Of a DNA stretch of 64,000 nucleotides, positions 19,939 through 30,301 are shown in pieces. The translations under genes and the position numbers were made by a program. Source of the stretch: Planctomycetota bacterium (GTDB taxonomy: Bacteria; Planctomycetota; UBA8108; SXIK01). Within the stretch, counting starts at the first letter, position 1, and the number at the start of each line of letters is the position of its first letter. The notes beneath the pieces are model-generated. The model did not search any database. It was given only the letters and a program-made list of their open reading frames with translations, and was not told the origin of the DNA. The DNA is taken from assembly GCA_965223265.1 (NCBI GenBank), contig OZ244999.1:5184001-5248000 (forward strand). The letters run 5' to 3'.

Positions 19939-21465
19939 CTATCGAAGCTCAAAGCGGTGGAGGCGCGAACGAAAAGCCGGCACGAACGCCGCGATCAATA
20001 CCACGTCAAAAACGACGACAAGTCCGATAAGACCGGCGGCGGAGCTACCCCCGACCACAAACGCTAAGACGTGAAGGAACACGACGCCACCGATCGACCC
20101 AAGCGTAGCCAAGACAGCGTGAACAGCGCTCGACGCGCGGATCGAGAAAAAAATCGTAACGTAGACGACGACAAAGAGCCCGACGTACGAGTAGAGAAAG
20201 CAGCACATGGTGAACGGGATGATGAGAAAGACTCTCATGGCGATCGATCCGAGTGCAACCGATGACCAGATTTTCGCTGGCAAGAGAAGGCTGTACATCG
20301 CCGTCGGCACGATGAGAGCCCAAAAGAGCGCGTCCACTTTCCACAGGATCACTTCATCGCGCGTGTATGGCGTCGCTAGGAGGAGCTCAAGCGTCCGCTC
20401 CGTACGCTCCTCCATCCACATCTGCGCCGACACCAGACAGGCCCAAAGGAAGGTCCATGCCATGACGACAAAACCGATCAGCGCGACGGCATCGCGCGCC
20501 GGCTGCTGCATGAAGAACGTGTCCCAAACCTCAAAGCCGATCGCGAGAACGCAGGTCGCGCTCAGAGCGAAGGCCTTCGGAACACCCAGAAGCGGATCAA
20601 ATCGCTTCAGTACCAGCCAACTGATCGGGTTACCGACGATCGGTTTGAACTCTGCCACTTTCGCCGCCTTGAGCTGACTCCGACCTGGGCTCAAATCCGC
20701 ACCGCTCACGAGCGTTCTTCTGGCGAGCCAGACAAAGACAGCCGCGCAGAGCAGAAGCCCGACGTTCAAGATCAACCAGTTTCCGCTCGCCCCCCAACGA
20801 TTTCCTCCTTCCACCGAATGCATCGACCAGGTCCACGGCAGTGCATGTTCGGTCAATCTCTTCATCGCGACCGCAGGGCTCCACGCCAGCCAAGGCAGTG
20901 CCTGCACGCGTTCGACGACGTAAAGACTCACCAGCTGCGGCAAGCCGATGATGAGGAAGCTGAGGAGAAGAGACATTTCTCTCTTCTTGACGACACTGCT
21001 CGCCAGAAGAGAAAACGCACCATAAAAGACCGTCAGCGAGACGAGCAAACCGGAGAACTGAAACATCTGGATCTTGCCGACGCCACCGAAGCTCATGATC
21101 GCGACGAAGAGCGGTAGGCACGCGCAAAGATTCGCAAGGACGACGAGCACGCGTGAGCCAAGAATACCGCGCAGGATCGCCCCCACGGACGTATCGGCCA
21201 GCACGAGAACCGACAACGTGTTAGACTGCCACTCCTCTGCGAGCACTCCCGAGACAAGCAGAGACATGGCGGCGAACGTGAAGATGTTGAAGCCGACCAC
21301 AATCCATTCGAACGATTCGATGCCTGCCTGCGAACCGGAGTCGAGGGAAGACAGGACGAGAAGCAGGCCGCCTATGGCAAGAGGCGGAATCGATCGCAAG
21401 ACATAGAAACTCGCGGTCCGCCCAAGACGCAGCAACTCACGAAAGAGGACTTCGTTTCGTTCCAT
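19939..21465 (-). CDS. ABC-2-type transporter permease-like membrane protein (duplicated)
   Basis: About 12 TM helices; two copies of the EE..TL..L..(T/D) motif (EEWQSNTLSVLVL, EERTERTLELLLATP). Confidence 0.8.
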   Translation of the reverse strand: MERNEVLFRELLRLGRTASFYVLRSIPPLAIGGLLLVLSSLDSGSQAGIESFEWIVVGFNIFTFAAMSLLVSGVLAEEWQSNTLSVLVLADTSVGAILRGILGSRVLVVLANLCACLPLFVAIMSFGGVGKIQMFQFSGLLVSLTVFYGAFSLLASSVVKKREMSLLLSFLIIGLPQLVSLYVVERVQALPWLAWSPAVAMKRLTEHALPWTWSMHSVEGGNRWGASGNWLILNVGLLLCAAVFVWLARRTLVSGADLSPGRSQLKAAKVAEFKPIVGNPISWLVLKRFDPLLGVPKAFALSATCVLAIGFEVWDTFFMQQPARDAVALIGFVVMAWTFLWACLVSAQMWMEERTERTLELLLATPYTRDEVILWKVDALFWALIVPTAMYSLLLPAKIWSSVALGSIAMRVFLIIPFTMCCFLYSYVGLFVVVYVTIFFSIRASSAVHAVLATLGSIGGVVFLHVLAFVVGGSSAAGLIGLVVVFDVVLIAAFVPAFRSRLHRFELR

Positions 21466-21681
21466 TCCACCAATCCGCTTCGCCGAGCGCCGCGCCGATC
21501 CAGCACTATAGCTTGCCGGGGCCAGGGACTACCCCGAAGAATGTTTTCTCTGGAGTGACGCAGCAATCGCGACAATAATCAGCCTCCCGCTATCGTACTC
21601 CGCGCGGGTCAAGCCGACAACGCGTCGTCCTCGGGGGTTGTCGATGCTCGCGTGACGCTGACAGAGGTGAACGCTGAAGAC

Positions 21682-22473
21682 ATGAAGGTGCTCGTTTTTC
21701 AGGACTCCGGCTCGGCAGCGAGAGCCGTGGCGCAAGAGATCGTGCAAAAACTGGCGAAGAAGTCAGATTTGGTGCTCGGGCTGGCGACCGGTTCGACCCC
21801 CATCGGTGTCTACGCTGAGCTGAGCCGATGGCATCGCGAAGAAGGCGTCGACTTTTCTGCCGTTCGAACTTTCAATCTTGACGAATACGTCGGCTTGCCA
21901 CCTTCCCACAAGCAGAGCTACCACCACTTCATGGAAGCGAATCTGTTCCGGCACGTCAACATTTCGCCAGCGAACATCCATTTTCCTCCGACCGACTTTC
22001 CCAACCTCGAAGCGAAGTGCGAAGCGTTCGAGCAAAAGATCGACGACTGCGGCGGCATCGACATCCAGATCCTCGGAATCGGCTCGAATGGCCACATCGG
22101 CTTCAACGAACCGACTTCCTCACTCGCGTCGCGAACCCGCATCAAGACTCTGACGCGAAAGACGCTCGAGGACAATTCCCGGTTTTACGGCCCGGACGAG
22201 CAGCCCCCGCACCTCGCCGTTACGATGGGGATCGGAACGATTCTACGCGCCAGGCGCATCCTGCTGCAGGCGTTCGGTTCGCGCAAAGCAGAAGCGGTTC
22301 GTGCGGGCATCGAGCGGCCGATCTCGTCATTCTGGCCGGGAAGCGCGCTGCAGCTCCATCCCGACACAACGTTCTTCCTCGACAATGAGTCGGCCTCGAA
22401 GCTGACGCTCCGAGAGTACTACCAGGCAGCGCAGGAGAACGATCGCCGTTTACGCCTCGAGAATCTCCTCTAG
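21682..22473 (+). CDS. nagB: Glucosamine-6-phosphate deaminase
   Basis: LGLATGSTP, TFNLDEY, LGIGSNGHIGFNEP, TMGIGTI, LQLHP. Confidence 0.97.
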   Translation: MKVLVFQDSGSAARAVAQEIVQKLAKKSDLVLGLATGSTPIGVYAELSRWHREEGVDFSAVRTFNLDEYVGLPPSHKQSYHHFMEANLFRHVNISPANIHFPPTDFPNLEAKCEAFEQKIDDCGGIDIQILGIGSNGHIGFNEPTSSLASRTRIKTLTRKTLEDNSRFYGPDEQPPHLAVTMGIGTILRARRILLQAFGSRKAEAVRAGIERPISSFWPGSALQLHPDTTFFLDNESASKLTLREYYQAAQENDRRLRLENLL

Positions 22474-22490
22474 CCGTGGACCCGACTGCA

Positions 22491-24449
22491 TCAACATGAC
22501 GTGTAGTCGGTGCAGGTGAGATCGGTCGGCGTGGGCTCGTCATCGCAGGTGTCGACCGGTGGTAGCAGTACAAAGCCGCTCCTGAACAGAAAGTTCAGGG
22601 TGAAGATCGGGTCACTGACGTCCATGACCGCGTCGCTATTCGAATCGCAAGCGTCTTCGCACGTGATGACTCCGACGCCGACGAAGAGGCTGTTGACGAG
22701 AAAAATCGCATCCGAGATGTCGACCACGCCATCGTCGTTGCAATCAGCGCGACGGAATGGATTCTGCTCTGGCCGCCCGTCGTTGGGCGATCCGATGCTG
22801 GGCCGCTCGTCGAGCGCGTAATCGCTGACCAGGTCACCGTCGCCGTCGTACGCGATACTAGATCCGTCGCTACGACCGCTCACATCTACTGACGCTCCAG
22901 CCATCCAGGCACCGACGGCGGCGGCCTGCGCGCCTTGCGTACTGTCGTGACCACCCCAGCTCACGTAATCGACCAAGTTTCGAGCCAGAGAGTTGTCCGT
23001 TCCAACGTAGAGAGCAATGCTCCCCGCGTCGGCGTGGATCTCCTCGATCGGCCCCGTAAACACCGTGTTGCCGCCAAGATTCGGCAAGCTCTGGTTCCAG
23101 CCGATCACGCCGACCCCCAGCGGATCGAGCACAAATTGGGTGTCGACCACGAAGCAGTGCGCAGCGCCGGCTCCAGGAGTCTCCAGGCAGATCGAGTATC
23201 CGGTGAGGTGAAGCTCCTGGTTTTCGAGGTTGAGGAGCTCCACGGCCCCATTACTCCCAGCGTCCCCGAGTGGGTCGATCAGAATTTCGTTGATCACGAT
23301 AGGACGTCGCGGTGGTGTGTCGTTCTCCTCGCCAATCGTCCCGGTGTTGTCGACGAGCCAGCGGGTTGACCCGAACTGCGGTACGGCACCCACGGGCGCC
23401 ACCGCGAACGATCCCGCCGGCAGCCGCGACGCCGCGTCAACGAATCCGTTGTTGTTCCAGATCCCGGCGGCGACTGCGGAGCCCTGATGCGACGACGGTG
23501 CACCCCACGCTACGAAGTCCAACACGCTTGTCGGATCTGTGAGGTCTGCGGAGGCATGAAGCGACACCGCCCCCTGAGCACCCGCTGCCCACTCCACCTC
23601 CGGGCCAGTGTAGACGTTCGTATCGGAGGTGGGCCCGTTGATGCCAAAGTGGATCACCAGAATCTCGCCCGGCAACATCACCGTGGCCGCAGGAATCTCG
23701 AACCGTGCTTCCCCGTCGAGCGCGATCCAGCGTCCCGACAAATCTTCGGGAGAGCCGCCGTCGAGTCGCAGCTCGATCGCGACATGTGGCGGGTCCGGGC
23801 CGAACTCGACAAAGCCGACTTCATTGAGCCGCACCTCGCTTTGGACGAATGACACATCGCACGTATCGTTGTTCTGGCCAAGCGTTGGAGAGCCGTCAAC
23901 ACACCAGTCAATGGCGCGATCACCGGAGCCGTCGTAGGAAATCGAGGCTCCCTCGCGTGCCGACGAGACGTCGACGAAAGAGCCTTCAGTCCACTCGCCG
24001 GCGCTGACTGCGACATCCTCGCCGATCTGCCCTGAAGCACCCCACTGGGCAAAGTCGACCAAAGCGTTCGGATCCGCGAACAGTTGGTCTGCATAGAGAC
24101 CGATCGAGTCTACAGCACCGAGGCTTCGCATGCCGGAGACCCCGGTATAGAATTCCACAGCCGAATTGGTACCCGCACGATTCAAGTGAACCATGACGCG
24201 GCCCCCTGGCGGCACCGTCACGCCAGCGGGGAATTGCCACCGCGCAGGTGGCCAATAGATCCAGAACCCAGCGCCCATGTTCACTGTCTGGTTGCCGACG
24301 TTCTTGAACTCAACGACCTGTTGACCGTGATCGACGCCTGCGGGATCGAAAAGGATCTCGTTGAAGACAAGTTGAGCTTCCAACGAAGCTACAAAAGACA
24401 CATGAATGGCAAAAACAAAGATAGAGCCGGCCCACCAACGCTTTTTCAC
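22491..24449 (-). CDS. Secreted protein with three lamin-tail-like units and C-terminal dockerin-like domain
   Basis: AGGAG RBS before GTG 24449; signal peptide; FNEILFDP/LNEVGF/INEILIDP units; FRRADCNDDG dockerin. Confidence 0.8.
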   Translation of the reverse strand: MKKRWWAGSIFVFAIHVSFVASLEAQLVFNEILFDPAGVDHGQQVVEFKNVGNQTVNMGAGFWIYWPPARWQFPAGVTVPPGGRVMVHLNRAGTNSAVEFYTGVSGMRSLGAVDSIGLYADQLFADPNALVDFAQWGASGQIGEDVAVSAGEWTEGSFVDVSSAREGASISYDGSGDRAIDWCVDGSPTLGQNNDTCDVSFVQSEVRLNEVGFVEFGPDPPHVAIELRLDGGSPEDLSGRWIALDGEARFEIPAATVMLPGEILVIHFGINGPTSDTNVYTGPEVEWAAGAQGAVSLHASADLTDPTSVLDFVAWGAPSSHQGSAVAAGIWNNNGFVDAASRLPAGSFAVAPVGAVPQFGSTRWLVDNTGTIGEENDTPPRRPIVINEILIDPLGDAGSNGAVELLNLENQELHLTGYSICLETPGAGAAHCFVVDTQFVLDPLGVGVIGWNQSLPNLGGNTVFTGPIEEIHADAGSIALYVGTDNSLARNLVDYVSWGGHDSTQGAQAAAVGAWMAGASVDVSGRSDGSSIAYDGDGDLVSDYALDERPSIGSPNDGRPEQNPFRRADCNDDGVVDISDAIFLVNSLFVGVGVITCEDACDSNSDAVMDVSDPIFTLNFLFRSGFVLLPPVDTCDDEPTPTDLTCTDYTSC

Positions 24450-24905
24450 CTGATTCTCCTCGATTGGAATTCGAACCGTGCAGTTCATCGAAACTCGAGA
24501 CAGGCTACGAGATCGCCCGGTAGCGCTCGCGACCACCACGCCTGTGGGAAAACCCGTCGTTCGAGATTTCGAACCCCGCGCGGACCCGACGCACCGCCCC
24601 AGCACTCAACCCTAACGCGTCAGGACCTGGAGGCCCATCGTACCCCTAAGAGCGCTCGAAGTGGGTGCGAAAAGACTAACCGGGCGCACGAAGATTCGAC
24701 GCCCGGTCGCCCCATGCGCGGCGCCGCCGAGGGCCAGGACCAGACGCCCCCCCCACTCGATTCCCGAACACGGGGCCACCAGTTCATTCGCAAAGGCGAA
24801 CGGCAAGAGTCGGAAGGCGTAGACAACGCCCCAGCTCCCCCGGACGAGATCGCGCGTCGCTCAGCCGGTGAGGTAACGCTCCCGGGCGCTCGACATCGCC
24901 CAAGC

Positions 24906-25961
24906 ATGGTGTGGGACGCTGCACAGCGCTACGTCCAGCCGCCCGTCTACGCCGCTCGACGTGCGCATCCAGCCACGTTCGTCGCACTGACGCTGTTAGC
25001 GAGCGGCTGCGGCAGCCCCGGGGCGGATGACAACGCTCAGCTGCAGGCCGAATCGCCACGCTCCCTCCTACGCCTGGTGCGCATCGACTACCTGAGCGCC
25101 GTGGGATGGCACTCTCTCGACGTCGACGTCGACGTCGGCGCAGCTAACCTCAAGGCCACAGCGAAGGGTCTGTGGCCACTCGTCGTCGCGTCTGAGTCGG
25201 CATCGGCGGTCGACCTGAGTCGTTCAAACGCGACCGCGACGCCGTGCTGGAAGTTTCACTTCTCGTTCTCCGGCAAGCGCCGCGAGCGAGCGCAGCAGAC
25301 GACTCTTGTCGTTCCGTGCGACGACGCTGTCGCCACGTGGTTTCAACCGACCGAAGACGAGAAAAGACTCGACGTCGAAGGCACGAGATTTCCCGTCGAC
25401 GTGACGCCGTTTCGCGCTGAACTGGAGCGCGAAGCTTTTCGCGCACTGAGCCGCAGCACACGCCCACCCCGCGCCCCAGCACTTTGGCAAACTCTGGCGC
25501 TGGCAAGATTCCTTCGCTCTTCAATCGCAGAGCCGAGGCTGCTCTATGCTCAGCTGGTCCAGCACCTCTATCGGGTGAAAAACACGACGGAGGCCGCTCA
25601 CGTCGCGGCCGAGCTGGTTCAGTTCGCGAGCTGGCTCGAGCCAAGCGCTGCTGCGGCCGCGCGCCACGCGCGATTCGTGCCGCAGCAACTCCCCGCCCTC
25701 GTGCAGCAGGCGCAAGCCGGTGACAGGGATGCGGTGGACGAGATCCTAGTGCTCGCACTTGAATACGCAGGAGATTTGACCTGCTTCGACCGAGCTGTTC
25801 GCGTCCTCTTTCCGCGAGGTCTGAACGCCGCACTCGACGCAAGGTTTCCGCCGACACAGGACGAGTCGACGACGCCTCGTCTCATCCACACACTACAGGG
25901 ACATCTCATGGACGCCGTTTATGTGGCAGACGAGACCGCTTGGAAGGTCGAGATCAAATGA
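24906..25961 (+). CDS. Hypothetical lipoprotein
   Basis: Lipobox LLASG-C; stop overlaps the tatD start (ATGA); start uncertain. Confidence 0.6.
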   Translation: MVWDAAQRYVQPPVYAARRAHPATFVALTLLASGCGSPGADDNAQLQAESPRSLLRLVRIDYLSAVGWHSLDVDVDVGAANLKATAKGLWPLVVASESASAVDLSRSNATATPCWKFHFSFSGKRRERAQQTTLVVPCDDAVATWFQPTEDEKRLDVEGTRFPVDVTPFRAELEREAFRALSRSTRPPRAPALWQTLALARFLRSSIAEPRLLYAQLVQHLYRVKNTTEAAHVAAELVQFASWLEPSAAAAARHARFVPQQLPALVQQAQAGDRDAVDEILVLALEYAGDLTCFDRAVRVLFPRGLNAALDARFPPTQDESTTPRLIHTLQGHLMDAVYVADETAWKVEIK

Positions 25962-26761
25962 TCGATTCACACGCACACCTCTATTTCGATCGTTTCGACG
26001 AAGACCGGAGCGAGACAATCGAGCGCGCACGGGAAAACGGTGTTACTGAGATCATCAATATCGGCATCGATTGCGATACGAGCCGCTGCTCGATCGAGCT
26101 CGCGCGCGAGTACCAGGGCTTCTTTGCTGCCGTCGGCATCCATCCGACGACTGAACTCGAGACCGAGCCCGCGCGACTCGAGGCAGCGGCGCGTGAGATC
26201 CGTGCACTGGCGCTTGAAAACAGGGAGCACGTCGTCGCGATCGGCGAAATCGGTCTCGACTACTACTGGAAAAACGTGCCACCGCAAGATCAGAAGCCCA
26301 AACTACAGCTTCAACTCGAGCTCGCGCGCGAACTCGAGTTACCCGTGATCTTTCACTGCCGAGACGCCCTGGGCGATCTGTTCACTCTCCTCGAAACCCA
26401 GCCGAGCCTCCCATCTGGCGGTGTGTTTCATTGCTTCGGGGGCGACGCGACAGATGCCGAACGGGCAGTCGGACTTGGCTTTCATGTCTCTTTCGCCGGC
26501 AACGTGACCTATCGGAACGCCAAGGAACTTCAGGACGCCGCACGGGTCGTCCCAGTCGAGCGCCTCCTGCTCGAGACCGACGCACCGTTTTTACCACCTC
26601 AGCCGCAGCGCGGCCGACGGAACGAACCGGGATTCTTGCCTCACACGGCGGCCTTTCTGGCCGATCTCAAAGGTGTGCCATTCGACACCCTCGTCGACTC
26701 AACCGAACGAGCCACTCGAGCTCTGTTCGGCCTGCCGGCACGTGGCATGGACGTGGGATGA
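25958..26761 (+). CDS. tatD: TatD family deoxyribonuclease
   Basis: DSHAHL, GIHP, GEIGLDY, FHCR, FHCF, LETDAP and NEP motifs. Confidence 0.95.
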   Translation: MIDSHAHLYFDRFDEDRSETIERARENGVTEIINIGIDCDTSRCSIELAREYQGFFAAVGIHPTTELETEPARLEAAAREIRALALENREHVVAIGEIGLDYYWKNVPPQDQKPKLQLQLELARELELPVIFHCRDALGDLFTLLETQPSLPSGGVFHCFGGDATDAERAVGLGFHVSFAGNVTYRNAKELQDAARVVPVERLLLETDAPFLPPQPQRGRRNEPGFLPHTAAFLADLKGVPFDTLVDSTERATRALFGLPARGMDVG

Positions 26762-27003
26762 TTCGAACGGATGGAGGAGCCGGATCCAGAGACCGACGAA
26801 CCGGACACCGCTGACGGGAGACGCTTGGGAGAAGAAACCAAGAAGCTGATCGCAAGCGGCACAAACTCGTCCGGTCCACAGGTTAACGGAATGTTCCCTA
26901 ACGTCCCAGCCGCTGACGGCGAAGAAGATTTGCGCGGCAGCTACCACCCATGTAGAGTTATCCAGAAGGTCTCGTACCGACCCCCTCTGAGGAGGAACTT
27001 CCT

Positions 27004-27333
27004 ATGGCACAGACCGTACCTTTCGGCTGGGAGGCAGGCGCCCACTGGCGCGACGACGCCATCACCCGCCTGCAAGACTTCATTGCCCGCAAGAGCGTCC
27101 GTGCGGCCCATCATTGGGGCGCGCTGAGGCGCCGTCTTGAAGCGTCGACTTCGGTAGATCAGCTCAAGGCGGTCGTGCGCGACGTCGTCGCGACTCTGCG
27201 CCGCGACAGAACGGCCGGTGTCGGCGTCGACGCAGAATTCGAAGAGCTGTGCGAGCGTATCCTTGCCTACGGCGAGAGGCGCAGTATTGAGAACTACAGC
27301 GCCTTCCTGTTCACCGTCGACGTTGAGCTATAG
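27004..27333 (+). CDS. Hypothetical protein
   Basis: Strong GAGGAGG RBS; 109-aa helical ORF. Confidence 0.65.
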   Translation: MAQTVPFGWEAGAHWRDDAITRLQDFIARKSVRAAHHWGALRRRLEASTSVDQLKAVVRDVVATLRRDRTAGVGVDAEFEELCERILAYGERRSIENYSAFLFTVDVEL

Positions 27334-27481
27334 TCGCGACTTCTCGCGGCGCGGCGGTTTTTTTCGCAGACCAGCCGAGAAGGCTGTCGGGCGGCGCCGC
27401 GGTCATCTCGCTCCTGAGTGAACGTGGCGCGAACACGACGTGGACGTGGCTGTCTGGGGCTCCAGTACCTAGTCGACTGTT

Positions 27482-28237
27482 TCAGTCAACCACCGTCAGG
27501 GTCGCGAAGACGCCAAGGTTCGGCCGATCGTGATTGTGGCAGCTCGCACATCGCTCGCTGCGGTCCGCAGCGAGCTTGAACGGCACGGACGCACTAGAGC
27601 GCTGCCACGTTGCGAACTCCCAACTACCGTCTACATGCCGCAGCACGTCGATCTGGCGGATGAAGTTGTCAGCTGCGGTCTTCGACTCCCGCAGGAAGAC
27701 GGCATCGTCCTCGATCGCTGGAAGCTGCGTTCCACGACTCGGCACCCCAAGGTTCTTCATCGAGACGTAGGTGCGAAAAACCGGCGGGTGCGGCATGGCC
27801 GCAGCCAGATCCTGGGGCACCGCCTCCGGTTCGGCAACCACTGGCCAGGAAACATAGGCCGCAAGGTCTTCATCGAGCCCACGCGAACTGCGCCGCGTCA
27901 TGGGAGAGATCGCGGCGTCGACGTCCGCGGCACTTCCTGTGCTCTCCGGCCGCGTCGAAGGCGTCGCGTCGAGGGTGATGGACGACTCGCCCCCGGCGGT
28001 CGTGGTCCCGACGGCCCCCTGCGCCGCCGCCGCCGGCGTCACGTCGGTTGGCGTGATCGGCACGCTCTCGCCTGCTCCTGCGCCCGCGTCCGCGGGGACA
28101 GCTTCGCCTCGGCTCCCCACGAGATCGGGGTCCACCACTTCGGTCTGGGGAGGCTGCTCGGCAGATTGCTCGTCAGGCGGCGAGCTGCAGGCCATCAAAG
28201 CGCACAGGACCAAAACAGGCGTGCCAATTCTCTTCAT
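27482..28237 (-). CDS. Lipoprotein with C-terminal cytochrome P460 / c'-beta family domain
   Basis: GAGG RBS; lipobox LMA-C; Ala/Pro/Thr linker; YxxW, RTYV, GSWEF and C-terminal CASCH heme motif. Confidence 0.75.
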   Translation of the reverse strand: MKRIGTPVLVLCALMACSSPPDEQSAEQPPQTEVVDPDLVGSRGEAVPADAGAGAGESVPITPTDVTPAAAAQGAVGTTTAGGESSITLDATPSTRPESTGSAADVDAAISPMTRRSSRGLDEDLAAYVSWPVVAEPEAVPQDLAAAMPHPPVFRTYVSMKNLGVPSRGTQLPAIEDDAVFLRESKTAADNFIRQIDVLRHVDGSWEFATWQRSSASVPFKLAADRSERCASCHNHDRPNLGVFATLTVVD

Positions 28238-28683
28238 ATCACTTCCTCTCGCTGATCCTCCGCGCAGCCAGCTCGGATACGGATCGCGGACGTGCCCACC
28301 GGCTTCACGCGAGAACACGCACAGACAAAAGAGACGATCCGTTCCACCGACGGGCTCCACGCCACCTGAGTTTTAGGACACTCAGCGACCATTCACGTAC
28401 AGTGTGCTCTGTTCCAACGATAGATTCTGCGGATCACCGCCCCTCGCAGCGATCCACTTACAGAGGAGCGCCGCAAGAGCTTCGATGGAAAATGGTCGCC
28501 TTTAAGTTTCGTGCGTCGATCATCTCACGTGGACATCAGCCGCGGCGCAAGTAAAATCTCCACGACTGGACGGAGCGGTGGCAAGAACCCAACACACGCT
28601 AAGGCCGGGTCGGCCCAAGCAGGGGCGAATGTTGCCGAATGACGATCGACCACCTATGTGCGATGCATTGGGATGTTCATCGA

Positions 28684-29175
28684 ATGAAGGGCTTTCAGAA
28701 GATCGTAATTCTCTTGGTGGTGGCCGCCGGCAGCGTTGGTGGTTACGTCTTTTTCACGCAAGACGGAGTCAACCGCCGCGTCGACGACCATGAGGAGCGC
28801 CTGCAGCAGCAACAAGAGACGCTGACGACACACACGTCGGAGATCGCCGAGACTCGACAGCAGGTCGAGCTCAATCGCCAACGAGTGGAAGCGCTCGAAA
28901 CGAATCTTCGTGAGACGAACTCGCAGCTCAAAGGTGTGGAATCCGAAGTCAAGTCGCAGCAAGCTAAGATCACGGCGCTGGAAGAGGCCGGTGAAGCGAG
29001 CACGCGAGAAGCAGAATCTCTACGCGAGCGTCTCGCGACGCTGCAGGAGACGTACATGGCGCTGCAGCGCCAGCAAGACGAGCTCTCGCGCCAGCTCGAA
29101 GAGCAGAAGGCGGCGACGGAGTCTCGCCTCAACGCGATCGAGGAAAAGCTTCGGCTGACGCCCCCGTCACCCTGA
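28684..29175 (+). CDS. Membrane-anchored coiled-coil protein
   Basis: N-terminal TM followed by continuous heptads. Confidence 0.7.
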   Translation: MKGFQKIVILLVVAAGSVGGYVFFTQDGVNRRVDDHEERLQQQQETLTTHTSEIAETRQQVELNRQRVEALETNLRETNSQLKGVESEVKSQQAKITALEEAGEASTREAESLRERLATLQETYMALQRQQDELSRQLEEQKAATESRLNAIEEKLRLTPPSP

Positions 29176-29250
29176 CGCCACCACCTCCCCGACGCCACCA
29201 CCTCCCCGACGCCACCACCTCCCCGACGCCACCACCTCTCCGACGCCACC
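29174..29250. repeat. 17-bp tandem repeat GACGCCACCACCTCCCC, about 4.5 copies
   Basis: Units start at 29174, 29191, 29208, 29225 (one mismatch), with a partial unit at 29242. Confidence 0.95.
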
Positions 29251-29359
29251 GTCACAACGCGAGCCGACAACCTCGGAGAATACCGACGTCGTCACTGCGG
29301 CTGATCTGGACGACCAGTTTTCGACTCGAAGCCCTTTTCAACGGGCTGTTAACTCGAGG

Positions 29360-30301
29360 TTAAGCGAAGCCCTCCAGCGCGCTGCGGAGCTGACCGTCGT
29401 GTTCGCGCAGGCGGTGTGACGCGTCGCCTACTGTCAGCCCGCTCTGCGCCATGACGGTCGCGACTTTGACGTTCCAATCACACTCTTTGAGCAGCCTCAG
29501 CGCGGTCTCGTCGTCGACACCGGCGATCGTCCGAACAAGGCGCACGGCTCGCTCCCGCAGCTTGGCGTTGACGGGCGTCAGATCCACCATCAAGTTGTCG
29601 TAGACCTTGCCCCAACGAATCATCGCTGCCGTCGTCATCATGTTCAGCGCCATCTTGGTCGCGGTCCCGGCCTTCAATCGTGACGAGCCGGCGATCACTT
29701 CGGGCCCGACGTCGAGAACCACCGCAAGATCAGGTACCCGCTGCCAGCCCGTCGCCTGCCAGCCTGGGTTACACGTGATCAGAGCCGTCGCGGAGCCAAG
29801 CGTCCTGGCTGCTTCGATCGCACCACGGACAAAGGGCGTGCGTCCGCTGACTGCGATGCCGCAGACGAAGTCACAACTCTCGGCGCCGAAGTCGTGCACG
29901 ACGCGGGCTCCCCGTTCGGGGCTATCCTCGGCTTCTTCAATCGACGAGCGGAGCGCAGCGTCTCCGCCCGCGATTTCCCCGTGGACAAGCCCCGGGTCGA
30001 CCCCGAACGTCGGTGGGCACTCGGAGGCGTCAAGCACCCCAAGTCGACCGCTGGTGCCGGCTCCGACGTAGAGCAGCCTTCCGCTGCGACGAAATGACGC
30101 CACAATACCGTCGACACAACGTGCGATTTCAGCGGTCGCCCTCCCGACGGCCTCCCACGCCTCGCGATCGACGCTGTGCATGAGCTTGCAGATCTCCAGC
30201 GCCGACTTGGAATCGATGCCAGCCGAGAGAGGGTGCCGTGCTTCGGTCGGCGAAGACTTCGCGTCGTCGCCTGCGGCTTGAACGTCGCCCTCAGCGTCCA
30301 C
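29360..30301 (-). CDS. murQ: N-acetylmuramic acid 6-phosphate etherase
   Basis: GAGTSGRLGVLDASECPPTFG, GPEVIAGSSRLKAGTATK, NLMVD..NAKL. Confidence 0.97.
   Translation of the reverse strand: MDAEGDVQAAGDDAKSSPTEARHPLSAGIDSKSALEICKLMHSVDREAWEAVGRATAEIARCVDGIVASFRRSGRLLYVGAGTSGRLGVLDASECPPTFGVDPGLVHGEIAGGDAALRSSIEEAEDSPERGARVVHDFGAESCDFVCGIAVSGRTPFVRGAIEAARTLGSATALITCNPGWQATGWQRVPDLAVVLDVGPEVIAGSSRLKAGTATKMALNMMTTAAMIRWGKVYDNLMVDLTPVNAKLRERAVRLVRTIAGVDDETALRLLKECDWNVKVATVMAQSGLTVGDASHRLREHDGQLRSALEGFA

Noticed and set aside
24084-24905. N-terminal 274 aa of the 625-aa ORF
   Set aside because: It overlaps the opposite-strand LTD gene and the divergent intergenic region. Protein-like sequence with a lipobox begins only after about 24906.
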